From Octopus bimaculoides (taxonomy: Eukaryota), in contig NC_068986.1 in NCBI RefSeq assembly GCF_001194135.2, forward strand, positions 116,809,643-116,873,642: a stretch of DNA of 64,000 nt, in the 5' to 3' direction. A program made the position numbers and the translations under genes. Under the pieces are notes generated by a model that ran no database searches, was not told the origin of the DNA, and worked only from the letters and a program-made list of their open reading frames with translations. This document shows, piece after piece, positions 61,691-64,000 of this stretch. Positions within the stretch are counted from its first letter, which is position 1. Each line of letters starts with the position of its first letter.

Positions 61691-64000
61691 CAAACACTAA
61701 ATAATGTTGTTTAAAAAACGTGGAGGGGCAGGCTTCAATATAATGTTTTTCACTCCATTTGTATCCTGAGATTAAAATTAATTTTTAACTGAGTTTATAT
61801 ATGTCCCTTACAAATTTCTGATTTTCCGATAAAGTAAGAAATGTTTATTTCTTATTTGAGAGCAACGAAATGACAGAACTGATACAGTATGAGAGTTAAT
61901 GCCTTGTGGTATTTAGTGACATCCTTTTATTACTGAGTTCAATAACCGCCAGAGTTGACTTTACCCTACATCCTTCTGCTGTTAGTTACTGGAATTGGTT
62001 AATGTCTACAACAAACAATACCAAAATATGTGGGGCAGTGTGATGGGCTGAGGGGACACAGCAGTGGAAGATATTGCGACAGAGAGGTGTCAGCTAAACT
62101 AATGAATTCACTTGCTTAACTCTGACAACTCTTCATCCTTAAGTGTTTTGAGTATTCAAGCAGGAGATTTCTTTAATGGGAACCATTCTGTTCTACTTCA
62201 TGGACAAAGATTTTCTTTAAACCCCATACAAACAAGAATACTTCAAAAACCATTAACATCCAACGAAAAATTCTTCAAAGTCAACACAGATACAGGCTGG
62301 AGTTTCTCTCATATTCTGGTATCACAGCATTGAAGAAGCAGTTACTTATTACAAGTGATATGGTAACTTACTTGTTTCAGAGACAAGAATTTACACACAA
62401 ACACACACAGAATGTGACTTCTTATATTATTGCAATTTTAATTTTGTTTGTGGGGTACCCAAACTTAAATTATATATTATAGAAATGGAGAGAAAAAAAA
62501 GCTATAAGCAAAAGAGGTTTATCTAAGTCATACCACATATATAAAATGAAAGTCAGAGTAGTTGGTATACATTTTAAATAATATACTTAAGACTCAATCA
62601 GACAGTTTCCTGAACATTCTAGATATCTCAATAAAATAATCTTTCTTCTTTCTGTATATCTTAGATATCTAGAGCCAAGTATACAAAATCAATGTATTCA
62701 CTTAGATTTAATGAACCTCAATGACAGATAACATAATTGTTCATTGATCATAAATTATGTTTTAGAAAGATTTCTATAAAAAATGGCTGCATTGTTACTG
62801 GTGAAACTCAACATTTTCCTGCTGAAAACACTCTTTTGCCCTTGAGAATCATTCTCGTTCACAAATGTTCAGTATAACCTTGAATGGAATGTCAGTTTGG
62901 TTTTGCAAGTTCCAAGAGTCATTCTATCAGAAGAAAGTTCCTCCTGGCATGATCAGTTATGGCAGCACTGGACATAAGCCTTCTAATCAAACACAAAACA
63001 GTAGATGGACAATGTTTGCACCAGAAACAGAATAAGTAGTGCACGCGAACTTAATTCAAATGATTAATACTTAGTAATCACAAACCTAATGTTCAACAAA
63101 ATTTTATTTATATATATATATATATNNNNNNNNNNNNNNNNNNNNNNNNNNNNNNNNNNNNNNNNNNNNNNNNNNNNNNNNNNNNTATATATAGGCGTGG
63201 CTGTGTGGTATGAAGCTTGCTTCCCAACCTCATGGTTTCAGGTTCAGTCCTGCTGTGTGGAACCTTGGGTTAGTGTCTTCTATTATAGCCTCGAACCGAC
63301 CAAAGCTTTGTGAGTGGATTTGGTAGATGGAAACTGAAAGAAGCCTTTCATATATATATATATATATATATGTGCATGTCTATATTTATGTGAGTGTTTG
63401 CACTGTCCACCATTGCTTGATAACTGATGTTGGTGCATTTACGTCCCCATAACTTAGCAGTTAAGCAGAAGAGACTGATAGAATAAGCATCAGGCTTACA
63501 AAGAATAAGTCCAGGGTTCGATTTCTTTGACTAAAAGGTGGTGCTCCAGCATGGCCACAATCAAATGACTGAAACAAAAGAATATATATACACACAAACA
63601 CACACATGCAAGCAGGGTAAAAACATTGTTTCCCAACCACATGGTTCTGGGTTCAATCTCATTGTGTGGCACCCTGGGCAAGTGTCTTCTGCTATAGCCC
63701 TGGGCTGCCCAAAGCCTTGTGAATAGGTTTGGTAGATGGAAACTGAAAGAAGCCAATCATATGTGTGTGTGTGTGTTATTGTCTCCTTGTCTTGACATTG
63801 CAAGATAGTTGCAAATGAATGTCTGTCATGCAGGTAACATCTTTCATTCCCAATGTTCCATGGAAAACGTAGCTGGCCAAGGAGAAATCTAGGAAACAGG
63901 TGAAAGTTGGTGACTGGAAGGGCATCCAGCTGTAGAAAATCAGCCTCAACAAAATTCCATTTGATCCAATATGAGCATGGAAAAGTGTATCGATTATATA

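Noticed and set aside
62865-63035. ~58-codon + strand frame MFSITLNGM...FAPETE
   Set aside because: No recognisable motif, splice context or partner exons.

Overview
AT-rich, intron- and microsatellite-rich animal genomic DNA with many N gaps. The repeat families and gene style look octopus/coleoid-like; this is an inference, since no database was searched. Two convergent protein-coding genes are present. (1) DZANK1, + strand, CDS 8684-46575: 17 exons traced by GT/AG sites and reading phase, one expected exon probably hidden in the gap at 17357-17691, and one linker junction unresolved. (2) Mitochondrial malate dehydrogenase MDH2, - strand: 7 exons at 48713-56504; the presequence exon was not found. 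The rest is mostly transposon debris: RTE, CR1, Hero-like and R4/Dong-like non-LTR remnants, several tRNA-derived SINE families, TTAA-flanked MITEs, a HINE-like element and fold-back elements. The most notable observation is a set of unrelated short intronic repeats carrying type-I hammerhead ribozyme motifs with palindromic (dimer-type) stem III, best seen at 26713-26759 (-) and 18124-18194 (+). The latter is faced by its own inverted copy. Also of note are an 85-codon open frame directly after the MDH2 UGA stop and a possible 1-nt intron shift in MDH2. No prokaryotic-type system (CRISPR, operon, prophage) is supported.
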